From the NCBI RefSeq assembly GCF_024223415.1, contig NZ_CP100500.1: a stretch of 64,000 bases of DNA. One strand, written 5' to 3'. Shown piece after piece: positions 31,670-42,600 of the stretch; within the stretch, counting starts at the first letter, position 1, and every line of letters begins with the position of its first letter. A program made the translations under genes and the position numbers. Source of the stretch: Escherichia coli. GTDB lineage: Bacteria > Pseudomonadota > Gammaproteobacteria > Enterobacterales > Enterobacteriaceae. The notes below the pieces were generated by a model. The model did not search any database. It was not told the DNA's origin and saw only the letters and a program-made list of their open reading frames with translations.

Positions 31670-31900
31670 GCCGGATGGCGGCATACATGCCTTATCCGGC
31701 CTACGTTTCTGAGGAGGCCTGCGGGATACCCCCCAGGCCCGGCAGGCGCAGCGCCGCCGGGCAGGACACTTCAAGCTCCATACCTGTGGTTGTGCCGGAT
31801 GGCGGCATAAATGCCTTATCCGGCCTACGTTCCTGAGGAGGCCTGCGGGATCCCCTCCCAGGCCCGCGCAAGCGCAGCGCCGCCGGGCAGCTGGCCCAGG
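31670..31900. repeat. Two tandem REP/palindromic-unit-containing repeats (about 125 bp each)
   Basis: GCCGGATGGCGGCATA(C/A)ATGCCTTATCCGGCCTACG... occurs twice (31670.. and 31795..) with about 90% identity between the porin and ybgA genes. Confidence 0.8.
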
Positions 31901-31905
31901 TTCCC

Positions 31906-32865
31906 TCAGTTCACCGTCAGGCGCAGGGCAAGATCCTGCGGGTAGGGGTCAAAATAGTTCTGCGCCTGCAGGTAGCGATCCGGATACTCGGCCAGATAGT
32001 GCTTAAGCAGCGTCAGCGGCGCGAGGATCGGCAGCAGCCCGGCGCGATAGTTGAGGATCACCTCCCGCAGCTCGCCGCGCTGGCGGCTGTTCAGCTGGTC
32101 GCGGAAATAACCCTGAATATGCATCAGCACGTTGGTGTGGTTTTTCCGCGAGGCGGGCCGCTTGAGGATCGCCATCAGCTTTTCGCGATAGACCTCGAAG
32201 AAAGCCTCCAGATCCTCCCATTCATGCAGCGAGGCGACGAAGGGGACGATCTCGCGGTAGCCCGCCTGGTGGTGAGCCAGCAGCTGCAGCTTGTAGCGGC
32301 TGTGAAAGGCCAGCAGGCCGTGGCGGGTCAGGCCGCGGGCGCGCAGGGCGTTGAGTTCATGCAGGGCGAAGACGCGCTCGACAAAATTCTCCCGCAGCAG
32401 CGGATCGTGCAGCCGGCCATCCTCTTCCACCGGAAGCCACGGGTAGCGCGCCATCAGGGCGCCGGTAAACAGCCCCACGCCTTCCTTACGCCCGCGATTG
32501 CCTTTTTCATCATACAGCCGCACGCGCTCCATCCCGCAGCTCGGCGATTTGGCGCAGACGATAAAGCCCGACAGCTCGCCCAGGGTTGCCAGATGGGCGT
32601 TGGCGAAATCGGCCATCTTCTCCGTCACATCCTCGTGCGGGGCGTGGCTGAAGCGCATGCGGATCTCCCCGACCGGGGTCTGCACCAGCCGGAGCGCCGG
32701 GCGGGGAACGGGCAGGCCGATCGCCATCTCCGGGCAGACGGGCTTAAACGCCACCCACTGCGCGAGCTCATCCATCACAAAGCCCATACGCTTATGCCCG
32801 CCGTCGAATCGCACGGCTGAGCCGGTTAAACATCCGCTGATCCCAATGACAGGTTGCGTGTTCAT
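31906..32865 (-). CDS. ybgA: DUF1722-family protein YbgA
   Basis: 319 aa, near-colinear with E. coli YbgA as recalled (...GGHKRMGFVMDELAQWVAFKPVCPEMAIGLPVPRPALRL...SPSCGMERVRLYDEKGNRGRKEGVGLF...). Confidence 0.9.
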   Translation of the reverse strand: MNTQPVIGISGCLTGSAVRFDGGHKRMGFVMDELAQWVAFKPVCPEMAIGLPVPRPALRLVQTPVGEIRMRFSHAPHEDVTEKMADFANAHLATLGELSGFIVCAKSPSCGMERVRLYDEKGNRGRKEGVGLFTGALMARYPWLPVEEDGRLHDPLLRENFVERVFALHELNALRARGLTRHGLLAFHSRYKLQLLAHHQAGYREIVPFVASLHEWEDLEAFFEVYREKLMAILKRPASRKNHTNVLMHIQGYFRDQLNSRQRGELREVILNYRAGLLPILAPLTLLKHYLAEYPDRYLQAQNYFDPYPQDLALRLTVN

Positions 32866-33413
32866 GGCGCTGTCCTCGCTTCTGCTGTGGTTCGGGTAAA
32901 GAAAAGGGTCACGGTGGCCACCGTAATGCCGAATTTCTTCATCTCGGTTTTGTTAAACAAATGGCTGCCGTCCTGCAGGAACATCCAGTCGTCAAAGTGC
33001 AGCAGCCACCGGCTGCCGCTGGCCTCGACGTTCATGCTGTAGCGCCAGTGAAAGGCATTGCCTGCCGCCTGGCCGCTGGCCACGCCTTCGATATCCCCGG
33101 CGGTGCCCTGATAATGGTTATCGCCGGTGCGGCGAATGCGCCACACCCGCTGCTGTTTCTCGCCATCGTCATAGACAAAGCGCTCATGGAGCGTCAGGGT
33201 GTCGCCGACGACGTCGCCATCGATCGCTACATGGAAGCGGCGCAGCTGTTTACCGCGGCGATCCTGCACCATCCCCCACGCCTCGGTTCGACCCTGAAAA
33301 TAGTGGAAGATGTCGAGGGCGGGCTGCTGCTGCCGGTACTCGGTGACCTCGGTGCTGCAGCCGGCGAGCATCAGCATCAGCAGCGCCAGGCCACGGGTCA
33401 GAATGCGTTTCAT
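32862..33413 (-). CDS. Lipoprotein, possibly DUF3833-like
   Basis: 183 aa from the ATG at 33411..33413 with RBS GGAGG; lipobox MKRILTRGLALLMLMLAGCS; the longer annotated ORF 32862..34007 is a GC-rich read-through artefact. Confidence 0.65.
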   Translation of the reverse strand: MKRILTRGLALLMLMLAGCSTEVTEYRQQQPALDIFHYFQGRTEAWGMVQDRRGKQLRRFHVAIDGDVVGDTLTLHERFVYDDGEKQQRVWRIRRTGDNHYQGTAGDIEGVASGQAAGNAFHWRYSMNVEASGSRWLLHFDDWMFLQDGSHLFNKTEMKKFGITVATVTLFFTRTTAEARTAP

Positions 33414-33934
33414 GGTGTACCTCCGATCAACTGCTGACGCAGTTCGGGATAAGTGGTGCGCGGATCGAGCCAGATGGCGAGAAATCGGGTGCTGAACGCC
33501 GCCGACTGGTGCGGGCCGAGCGGGGTAAAGGCGGTCTGCGCGGCGCTGGAGCGGTACCAGAACTGCCCCTCGCCGCCGCTGACCACGAACGCCAGCTGGC
33601 TGCCCGACGCAACGTCCGGCCAGATCCCCTGCAGCATGCGCAGCCAGGCTTCGCTGCGCGGCTCCTGCTGCAGAATGCCCTGCGCCTGCCACTGGTCGCG
33701 GGTGGCCTCCACCAGCGCCTCGCGATCGATGTCGCGCCGGTAGGTGATGATCAGCGCCCGATCCTGCTGCGGGCCGGCATACCGGCCATTGGGCGTGCGC
33801 AGCTGTGAGTGATAGACGGTGAACGGCCCCCAGGTGAGGGTCGCCTCGCCGACGCGGCGCCACGTCAGCCAGTCGGCGGCGTGGGCCGCCGGGGCGAGGG
33901 CGCTCAGCCACAGCAGTAACAGGGCGAATCTCAT
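33410..33934 (-). CDS. Secreted periplasmic protein, possibly chalcone-isomerase-like
   Basis: 174 aa with signal peptide MRFALLLLWLSALAPAAHA; RBS GGGGAGG; stop overlaps the lipoprotein start. Confidence 0.6.
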   Translation of the reverse strand: MRFALLLLWLSALAPAAHAADWLTWRRVGEATLTWGPFTVYHSQLRTPNGRYAGPQQDRALIITYRRDIDREALVEATRDQWQAQGILQQEPRSEAWLRMLQGIWPDVASGSQLAFVVSGGEGQFWYRSSAAQTAFTPLGPHQSAAFSTRFLAIWLDPRTTYPELRQQLIGGTP

Positions 33935-34125
33935 TTTTGCCTCCCCATCCCCAGATGGAACAACAGCATGAGCACCAGCCAGCCGCAGGCCATGGCGGCC
34001 ACGGCAAGCGCCGTCGGTACCAGCAGGGTCACGAACTCCCCCTCTTCGGCGCAGAACGAGATTTCCCTGGCGGCATAGAATTCGCCGAAGGTTTTGGTCA
34101 CCTGTTCCAGAACCAGTTTTGACAT
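33931..34125 (-). CDS. Small membrane protein
   Basis: 64 aa with one strongly hydrophobic segment (VTLLVPTALAVAAMACGWLVLMLLF); stop overlaps the next start. Confidence 0.4.
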   Translation of the reverse strand: MSKLVLEQVTKTFGEFYAAREISFCAEEGEFVTLLVPTALAVAAMACGWLVLMLLFHLGMGRQK

Positions 34126-34340
34126 GAGTCTCTCTTCTATCGGTTAAAAAGATGATTATTAAATTTACATACTAAACATTAAATTTATGTGACACAGATC
34201 CTTAAAGCTAAAAAATGATCTAAATATCAAATTAAAAGCATATAAAACAATGGATTAACCATAAAATAACAAAAACATCTTTCACATTTAAATTTAAGTA
34301 GTAAAGTTAATTACCATCTTACATTCGAGAGGAAAAGAAG

Positions 34341-35171
34341 ATGGCGTTTAACTTTCACCGGGCGGCAGAGGGGATCGTGCTGGCCAACAGCCACCGAGGT
34401 TATTCCAGCTGCGCGCCGGAGAACACATTCCCGGCCTTTGAAGCCGCCCGCCTGGCGGGAACCCACTGTATTGAAATCGATATCCACCTGACGGCGGATA
34501 ACCAACTGGTGGTCACGCACGATCACCGTATCGACCGGGTATCCACCGGACACGGATTTGTGGAGCAGATGACGTACCCGCAGCTGCTGGCGTGCGACTT
34601 TGGCGTGAAATACCATCCGTCGTTTGCCGGAACGCGCATCCCCTTGCTGGCGGACGTGCTGCGCTGGGCGGTGGAAAACAGCATGGGGCTGATTGTTGAG
34701 GTCAAACAGCGCAACCGCCATGACGAGTTTGTGGCGGCGCTGGTTGCACTGCTGCATGAGCATCTGGATGCCCTCGGCCATATCCAGTTGCTGGGCTTCA
34801 ACCATGTGCTGATCAACCGGGTGAAGGCGCAAATCCCGCAACTGGCGTTACAGGTGGTGACGCTGGAGCGCTACAATAACCAGCTTGCGGCGGTACAGCA
34901 GTCCAATGCCGGATGCGTCTGCTTTGAGTTCGAGTTCGCCCATATCGACGACCTGCGGGCCTACAAAAATGCCGGACTGGGCGTGCGGATGTATCTGCAT
35001 GAAATGAAAAACGGCATGACGCCGCTGGAGCAGTACGACTATAAATTCGGCTGTGACAGTCGTCCGGTGATTATCGGCTGGATGCAGGCGGGGCTGATTG
35101 ATATGCTCAGCCACGATGATATTCCGTATTTGCAGGGACTGATTGAAGAAGCAGGCCTGCGCTGGAACTAG
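34341..35171 (+). CDS. Glycerophosphodiester phosphodiesterase family protein
   Basis: 276 aa; GDPD motifs ...HRGYSSCAPENTFPAFEAA...IEIDIHLTADNQLVVTHD... Confidence 0.8.
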   Translation: MAFNFHRAAEGIVLANSHRGYSSCAPENTFPAFEAARLAGTHCIEIDIHLTADNQLVVTHDHRIDRVSTGHGFVEQMTYPQLLACDFGVKYHPSFAGTRIPLLADVLRWAVENSMGLIVEVKQRNRHDEFVAALVALLHEHLDALGHIQLLGFNHVLINRVKAQIPQLALQVVTLERYNNQLAAVQQSNAGCVCFEFEFAHIDDLRAYKNAGLGVRMYLHEMKNGMTPLEQYDYKFGCDSRPVIIGWMQAGLIDMLSHDDIPYLQGLIEEAGLRWN

Positions 35172-35186
35172 AAAAATAAGGACACC

Positions 35187-36299
35187 ATGAACGCCCACTC
35201 TGAACGCCTTGAACTACGTGGTTCGCAGCGCCTGCTGCTGGAACTGATCCGTCTCCACGCCCCGGTGACGCGGGCTGAACTGGCACGGCTGTCGGGACTG
35301 ACGGCGGGGGCGATCACCCAACAGTGCCGAGAGCTGATGTTCTCCGGCCTGGTGGTGGAAGGGGAGCGCAATACCGGGCAGCGCGGCCAGCCGTCGCTGC
35401 CGTTGCGCCTTAACCCCGGCGGCGGTTGTGCTATCGGGTTGTCGTTCAGTCCCGGTTTTATCGATATGACGGTGGTCGATCTCAGTGGTCGCCAGCTGCT
35501 GTCGCTTTGCGAAGCACATCAGGAGAATCAGCCACTGGAGGCCTCTCTCGCGCAGATCAAAACCTTGGTGGAGAAAATGCTGAAAAAGCGCCAGCTCCAG
35601 CACGCACGTATTCTCGGCATTGGCTATGCAGTGCCCGGATTTCTGAAAGCGGATGGTCGCAAGCGCCACAGCGTACCGTGGCTGGAGAGCTGGCGTGAGG
35701 TAGATCTCCAGCAGGCGTTTGCCGACAACCTGCCGTGGCCGACGTGGGTGGAAAATAATGCCAACGCCTCGGCGGTAGGTGAACTGTACAGCGGCAAATG
35801 GAATGCGTACAGCGATCTAACCTTTATCGACCTTGGCTACGGTATCGGCGCGGGTATTATCTCCGGGAATAAAATGCTACGCGGCGGGTTCTGCAATGCC
35901 GGTGAAGTCGGGATGGCGTTTCCATCCGGTACACCGCGCCCGTCGTATAAGGATTTGCTTGCCACACTGGAGCGTGAAGGATTCAGTGAAACTAAGCTAC
36001 CGGAGCTGATAGCCGGGCAGCACCCACTGCTGGAAAGCTGGTTTGAACGCTGTCGTGGCCAGGTGGAGCAGACGCTCTTCAGCTGTGTGCAGTGGGTAGA
36101 CCCGCAAATCATCGTACTCGGTGGCGCGATGCCGAAACCAATTATCAGTCGTCTGGTGCAGGAACTGAATCAACTGATGGAAGCCTGCCTCGATCCCAAC
36201 CGCCCCAGAGTGAAGTTAGCTGCCTCTTCGATGGGAGCACAGAGTGCGTCATGCGGCGCGGCGATGCTCCCGTTGTATAAGGTGATTAATAATGGATAA
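35187..36299 (+). CDS. ROK-family transcriptional regulator (NagC/Mlc-like)
   Basis: 370 aa; N-terminal HTH (...LIRLHAPVTRAELARLSGLTAGAITQQCRELMFSGLV...) plus sugar-kinase-like fold. Confidence 0.8.
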   Translation: MNAHSERLELRGSQRLLLELIRLHAPVTRAELARLSGLTAGAITQQCRELMFSGLVVEGERNTGQRGQPSLPLRLNPGGGCAIGLSFSPGFIDMTVVDLSGRQLLSLCEAHQENQPLEASLAQIKTLVEKMLKKRQLQHARILGIGYAVPGFLKADGRKRHSVPWLESWREVDLQQAFADNLPWPTWVENNANASAVGELYSGKWNAYSDLTFIDLGYGIGAGIISGNKMLRGGFCNAGEVGMAFPSGTPRPSYKDLLATLEREGFSETKLPELIAGQHPLLESWFERCRGQVEQTLFSCVQWVDPQIIVLGGAMPKPIISRLVQELNQLMEACLDPNRPRVKLAASSMGAQSASCGAAMLPLYKVINNG

Positions 36300-37104
36300 G
36301 AAGTTATGTGATTGTTGCTTCTGAAAGTGATATTTTATGTTGTTAAAATGTAAAGTAATAATACAATGAGCTATCCATGATGGGGTTCTGTAAATAAACA
36401 AAACACTCTCTTCAATTCTGCTCACCTTCGGTATTTGTGTATCATCACTGGCTACTGATAAAAACAGAACCGTCAGTTTTCCACGATGTGAAGGGCAGGA
36501 ATCATCGGCTGTTGCAGCCAGCGTCAAACGGGACTATCTCCAGAAACAGGTGCTTCACTGGAAAGATGACTAGGTGATCTTCAGTCAGCAGCATCCTGTT
36601 GTCTGGGTGAATCTTCGTGAGCTGGTAAGTAAAAGTGATAATTTAGTCACAGTGCATCTCACCGCCCGGGGGAAGAAAGCCGATATTCAGTATCGGGTGC
36701 GCATTGACTGTAAGAACGAAAACGCTATCTGGCAGCGCCAGAGATGAACGTATGGAGATAATCACAGAGTATGAACAAAAGGACTCTACATGTTCATTAT
36801 GACTAAAAAACGCTGTTTTATTTTACGTTGCTGTCATAACGTGTTTATCTCAATTTTCGGGAACATGTTCTTAGCGGTTAGACTGGCCCCCTGAATCTCC
36901 TGCGTTTGAAGGACAGTAACAGGTTAAGTGATAACAGATGTATGAAAATATAGAGATACATCCAAGGAAGAGCCACTTTTGCGCCGTTCGTGACAGTTTT
37001 GTCATGTCCTTGCTCCGGCCTGGTTTTATGTTCATAAGTCCTTCTTCACCAGTATCTTTGTAAACCTTCACCCAGTGCCAGATAATGGTTTCATTTGATA
37101 TATT

Positions 37105-37325
37105 AAACTGTGTAGTGGCCTAGCGCATGGTAAGTTCTTCACTCAAACCTTCAGGACAACTGTCAGTCGAAACTCAGGAGAGCCGCGGTCATTTTGCCAT
37201 GTAATACCATCAATACCGTGGAGTTGCCAGCCCTTGACCCAGCATCGCTCTGATGTTTCTTCAACACCAAAACGTTCAGCGGTACGACGTGTACCATCGT
37301 GTCCGGCAATATAATGATTAACTAC
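37105..37325 (-). pseudogene. IS3-family (IS150-group) OrfA remnant
   Basis: Reverse-strand translation AVVNHYIAGHDGTRRTAERFGVEETSERCWVKGWQLHGIDGI... resembles IS150 OrfA residues about 13-70; no start codon, truncated. Confidence 0.5.
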
Positions 37326-37797
37326 AGCTTATTCGGTTTAGAGAAAATATTTTGGCTTTGCCATAAAAACTAACCTTAATCAGTTGGATGTCCAACTTTT
37401 GGAGGGAGAGTCCAACGATGGTACAGGATTTATTCATGTTAATTTTTCACAAACTCCTTTATTCGTGTGATGTTAATCACAAAATACCAAAGAGAACGTT
37501 GAAAAAATAATGATACATTGTAAAAGATATATTAATTAATTTTTCATAATTTTATTATATATGCTGCATGTCAATTATTTATATACCAAAAACCGAACAA
37601 AAATATTTATTATAGGTATTATGAAATAACCTTTCCATATTGTTTATTTTAATGCAATCAGCACAGATTACTTCAAAAATATAATTAGATGCATGAAAAG
37701 GGAGAAACAATATATTTTATTGTTTAAGATATTTTGTTCAACATGTATGCTGAGAGATAAACTTATCGATACTTAAAAAATCCGAAAAGGAGGAATA

Positions 37798-39357
37798 ATG
37801 ATAATAAAAAGAGAAAGACGTTTCCTGAGAACAGTAGAATGGCTTGGCAATGCACTTCCTCATCCCGTCATCCTGTTCATAATATTAACAATTTCCTTAA
37901 TTGTAGTTTCGATGATTGGACAATATTTTAATATTAGCGCCCCAGACCCAAGACCACCTGGAGCTAAAGGCCGGAATGATGATGGTATTATTTATATTGT
38001 AAGTTTACTGGATGCAGATGGAGTTCGTAAAATTCTTTCGAATCTGGTTACTAATTTTACGGGATTTGCACCACTGGGCACTGTTCTGGTTTCTCTTCTT
38101 GGTGTTGGTATTGCAGAACGGTCCGGGTTAATTTCAGCAACCCTTCGTCTTATTGTGACAAAAGCCCCTGCAAAAGTAACAACTATAGCTGTTGTCTTTG
38201 CCGGTATCATGTCCAACATGGCTTCAGAACTTGGCTATGTCGTTTTAATACCACTTTCGGCAATACTTTTTCATTCTCTGGGAAGACATCCCTTGGCCGG
38301 GCTTGCTGCTGCTTTTGCGGGAGTCTCGGGTGGCTATTCAGCAAATTTAGTATTAGGTACAATCGATCCGCTCTTGTCAGGAATCACCCAGCAAGCAGCG
38401 CAAATTGTATCATCTGATTATATTGTAGGGGCTGAATCCAACTGGTATTTTATGTTTGTCAGTACATTTTTTATAACACTCATGGGGTACCTGATAACAG
38501 AAAAAATAGTTGAACCACAGTTAGGGAAATACAAGGGTGGAGGGTTCAATCAGGATGAACAGTCAATTCGTAATTCATCTGATGTTACAGCAGTTGAGAA
38601 AAAAGCGTTAATGCTGTCCTTTTTATCTGTACTTCTACTATCTGTTATTGTTGCCATTCTGGTTATTCCTGAAGATGGAATCTTACGTAATCAACAAACA
38701 GGATTAATCAGCAATTCTCCATTTCTTAAATCAATAGTGGCTTTCATTTTCATATTCTTTTCATTAGCTGGTGTAGTATATGGATATACAGCGGGAACAA
38801 TAAAAAATAGCAAAGATATTGTTGATGCCATGACTCATTCAATGAGTACATTAGGACTTTATCTGGTCATTATATTTTTTGCCTCTCAGTTTGTAGCTTT
38901 GTTTAGCTGGACAAATATTGGTCAGGTTATTGCGGTTAAAGGCGGGAGTTTTCTGAATAGTCTTGATTTGCCAGATTCCGTAATATTTATTGGATTTATA
39001 TTGATTTGTGCTGTCATTAATTTAATGATTGGGTCCGCATCTGCTCAATGGGCAGTAACAGCACCAATTTTTGTTCCTATGTTAATGATGGCAGGATATG
39101 CCCCTGAAGTAATACAGGCTGCTTATAGAATTGGAGATTCAGTAACAAACATTATTACTCCAATGATGAGTTATTTTGGGCTTGTTATGGCTATTGTACT
39201 TAAATACAAAAAGGATGCCGGTGTTGGGACTTTGATATCAATGATGCTTCCATACTCCATAGTTTTCCTCGTCGGGTGGTCTGTATTCTTTGTTATATGG
39301 GTCTTTGTACTGAACTTACCCGTTGGCCCCGGGGCATCGACCTATTATCTCCCATAA
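37798..39357 (+). CDS. AbgT-family transporter (p-aminobenzoyl-glutamate/AbgT/MtrF family)
   Basis: 519 aa polytopic membrane protein matching the AbgT family; AT-rich region. Confidence 0.8.
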   Translation: MIIKRERRFLRTVEWLGNALPHPVILFIILTISLIVVSMIGQYFNISAPDPRPPGAKGRNDDGIIYIVSLLDADGVRKILSNLVTNFTGFAPLGTVLVSLLGVGIAERSGLISATLRLIVTKAPAKVTTIAVVFAGIMSNMASELGYVVLIPLSAILFHSLGRHPLAGLAAAFAGVSGGYSANLVLGTIDPLLSGITQQAAQIVSSDYIVGAESNWYFMFVSTFFITLMGYLITEKIVEPQLGKYKGGGFNQDEQSIRNSSDVTAVEKKALMLSFLSVLLLSVIVAILVIPEDGILRNQQTGLISNSPFLKSIVAFIFIFFSLAGVVYGYTAGTIKNSKDIVDAMTHSMSTLGLYLVIIFFASQFVALFSWTNIGQVIAVKGGSFLNSLDLPDSVIFIGFILICAVINLMIGSASAQWAVTAPIFVPMLMMAGYAPEVIQAAYRIGDSVTNIITPMMSYFGLVMAIVLKYKKDAGVGTLISMMLPYSIVFLVGWSVFFVIWVFVLNLPVGPGASTYYLP

Positions 39358-39668
39358 AGTCAATCATACATATCATAATGGAGAATATTATTCTCCATTT
39401 CCAGGCTGAATCAATATTAAACCCATGCAGCCATAAAAACTTTAGCATTTTAAGTGTCAGGATGTTTCTATGTAAAAATCACAATAATTTACACAACACA
39501 AATAAATATATAGTTGATTACATTGAAGATTGCAATCACAATGTAATTAAATAGAAAATCAATTGTATGACTCCGGCTCAATGCCGACTTAACATCTGTA
39601 TGCTGAGGTAAGTTTACGCTTCCGACTTTCTGTTATTTTGGTGATTATATTTTCAGGGGAAATTAAAA

Positions 39669-42600
39669 ATGAATAAAGTTTATTCCCTTCGCTACAGCGC
39701 TGTGGCCCGGGGCTTTATTGCTGTATCTGAGTTTGCGAGGAAATGTGTTCATAAGTCTGTCAGAGGCCTGAGTTTTCCGGTTTTATTACTGTCCCCCGTA
39801 CTTTTCTCTACAGGAGGCCTTGCGGGAACAGTCAATAATGAACTTGGCTATCAGTCATTTCGTGATTTTGCTGAGAATAAAGGTATGTTCCGCCCGGGAG
39901 CAACGAATATCGCCATTTATAATAAGCAGGGAGAGCTTGTCGGCACGCTGGAAAAAGCGGCTATGCCGGATTTCAGTTCCGTAAATTCAGGAAACGGTGT
40001 GGCGACACTAATTAACCCGCAGTATATCGCCAGCGTGAAACATAACGGGGGATATACAAACGTCAGCTTTGGTTATGGTGAAAGCCGTTACAATATCGTG
40101 GACCGGAATAATGCGGCGTCACTGGATTTTCATGCTCCCAGACTGGATAAACTGGTGACAGAGGTTGCCCCGGCTGCGGTGACGGCGCAAGGGGCAGTGG
40201 CTGGCGCATATCTGGATAAGGAACGTTATCCTGTTTTTTATCGTCTTGGCTCCGGAACCCAGTATATTAAGGACAGTAACGGACAGCTGACACAAATGGG
40301 AGGAGCATATTCCTGGCTGACTGGCGGGACTGTCGGTAGTCTGTCATCCTATCAGAATGGAGAAATGATTAGCACCAGTTCAGGTCTGGTTTTTGATTAC
40401 AAACTTAATGGTGCAATGCCCATTTATGGCGAGGCCGGTGACAGTGGTTCGCCTTTATTTGCTTTTGATACTGTTCAGAATACATGGGTTCTTGTTGGTG
40501 TTCTCTCTGCGGGGAATGGAGCGGGGGGCAGGGGAAATAACTGGGCTGTTATTCCACTGGATTTTATCAGACAAAAATTTAATGAGGACAATGATGCCCC
40601 GGTCACATTCAGAACATCGGAAGGTGGTGCGCTGGAGTGGGGCTTTAACAGCAGCACCGGAGCTGGCACGCTGACACAGGGAACCACCACATATGCCATG
40701 CACGGGCAGCAGGGAAATGACCTGAATGCCGGTAAAAATCTGATATTTCTGGGACAGAATGGACAGATTGACCTGAAAGACAATGTTGCACAGGGGGCAG
40801 GTTCTCTGACATTCCATAATGATTATACGGTTGCAACTTCAAACAACAGTACCTGGACCGGTGCCGGTATTATTGTGGATAAAGGCGTGTTCGTAAACTG
40901 GCAGGTTAACGGTGTTAAAGGCGATAACCTGCATAAGATTGGTGAAGGTACGCTGACGATACAGGGCACGGGTATCAATGAGGGTGGTCTGAAGGCCGGG
41001 GACGGAACCGTTGTTCTGAAACAGCAGGCAGACAGTAACGGGCAGGTGCAGGCCTTCAGTAGTGTGAATATTGCCAGCGGACGACCGACAGTAGTGCTGA
41101 CTGATGACCGGCAGGTAAATCCGGATAACATCTCCTGGGGATACAGGGGAGGTATTCTGGATGTTAACGGTAATGATATTGGCTTTCACGAAATAAAGGC
41201 GGCAGATTATGGTGCTCAAATCCACAATGGCAGTAACAAAAATGCAATAATCTCTCTGGTTATGCATGATGCCATTAAGTGGACCGGGAAAGATACACCA
41301 AGAATTTTAGGTCGGGTTTATGAGTATTTCAATGATGAAACGCAGAAGACTGAATTCTTTATATTAAAAACCAGCAGTATTGCGTGGTCTCCTTCGCCTG
41401 GAGAAAAATTTTTTCCGGATATGTTCAGAGGTGCTGATTATTTTAATACTCTTGAGGATGCGGACAAAGAGGCCAGAAAAAATACACAATATATTTTCCA
41501 TGGTAAATTAACCGGTAATATCAGTTTTAACCCGAAGAGTGCCGGTACGTTTGTTATGGATGGTTCTGCTGATATGTCCGGAACCTTCACCCGGGAAAAC
41601 GGGCGTCTGACACTGCAGGGTCATCCGGTTATCCATGCATACAATACACAGTCTGTGGCTGACAAACTTGCTGCCAGTGGAGACCATTCGGTTTTGAATC
41701 AGCCCACGTCATTCAGTCAGGAGGACTGGGAGAATCGCAGTTTTACCTTTGACAGACTGTCACTGAAGAACACCGATTTTGGCCTTGGCCGTAATGCCAT
41801 GCTGAACACCACGCTTGAAGCAACAGATTCGACTGTCACACTGGGCGACAGCCGGGTCTTTATTGACAAAAACGACGGTAACGGTACGGCTTTTACGCTG
41901 GAAGAAGGCACATCAGAAGCGGTGAAGGATGCAGACCGTAGCGTGTTTAATGGCAGTGCTGTTCTGTACGGGAAGACGACGCTGGATATCATGAACGCAA
42001 CCTTTAATGGTGATATCAGCGGTCATGCCGGCTCGCATGTGGAGTTGTCGCGCCGGAGTCACTGGAATATGACGAAAAGCTCCACGCTGGATTCGTTCAG
42101 AAGCAAAGGCGGGACGCTCTCCTTTGTGACAGACAACTGGTCGCCGAAAACGCTGACGGTAAACACACTGCATGCCAGCAGTATGAATATCGCCATGGGG
42201 GTCAGCACCGCCGACAACACGGGCGACCGGATTGATATCCTGAATAAGGCAACGGGGGGACATAACACACTGGACCTGTCCTCCCTGTTTGATCAGACTG
42301 TCACACTGAAAAATGACCTGACTCTGGCATCTGCACCGGTCGGAACTTCTCACGGGTACTTCTCCTTTGCCAGCCTGAACAGGGGGTTTACTGTTTATAC
42401 CCCTGACACACAGGTGCAGGAGAAAGACGGCAGAGTTTACTGGCAACTGAAAAATAACGCTGGTCTGGCGGACTCACAGGCACAACCGGTATCGGAAAAT
42501 GAAATCCGGATGGTTGCGGCGGATGGTGATAGTGGTAACAACCGCGCGGATGAATCTGGTTCCGCTGTTTCCGGAAAGAACTCAGAGGTTACCGTGAAAG

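Noticed and set aside
31670-31900. Possible CRISPR array
   Set aside because: Only two units, about 125 bp each, with the classic REP palindrome and no short unique spacers or cas genes
32862-34007. 381-aa ORF (MPWPPWPAAGWCSCCC...)
   Set aside because: Only the last 183 codons (from the ATG at 33413 with a good RBS and lipobox) look like a gene; the N-terminal extension overlaps the real upstream gene in another frame and is P/R/A/G-rich
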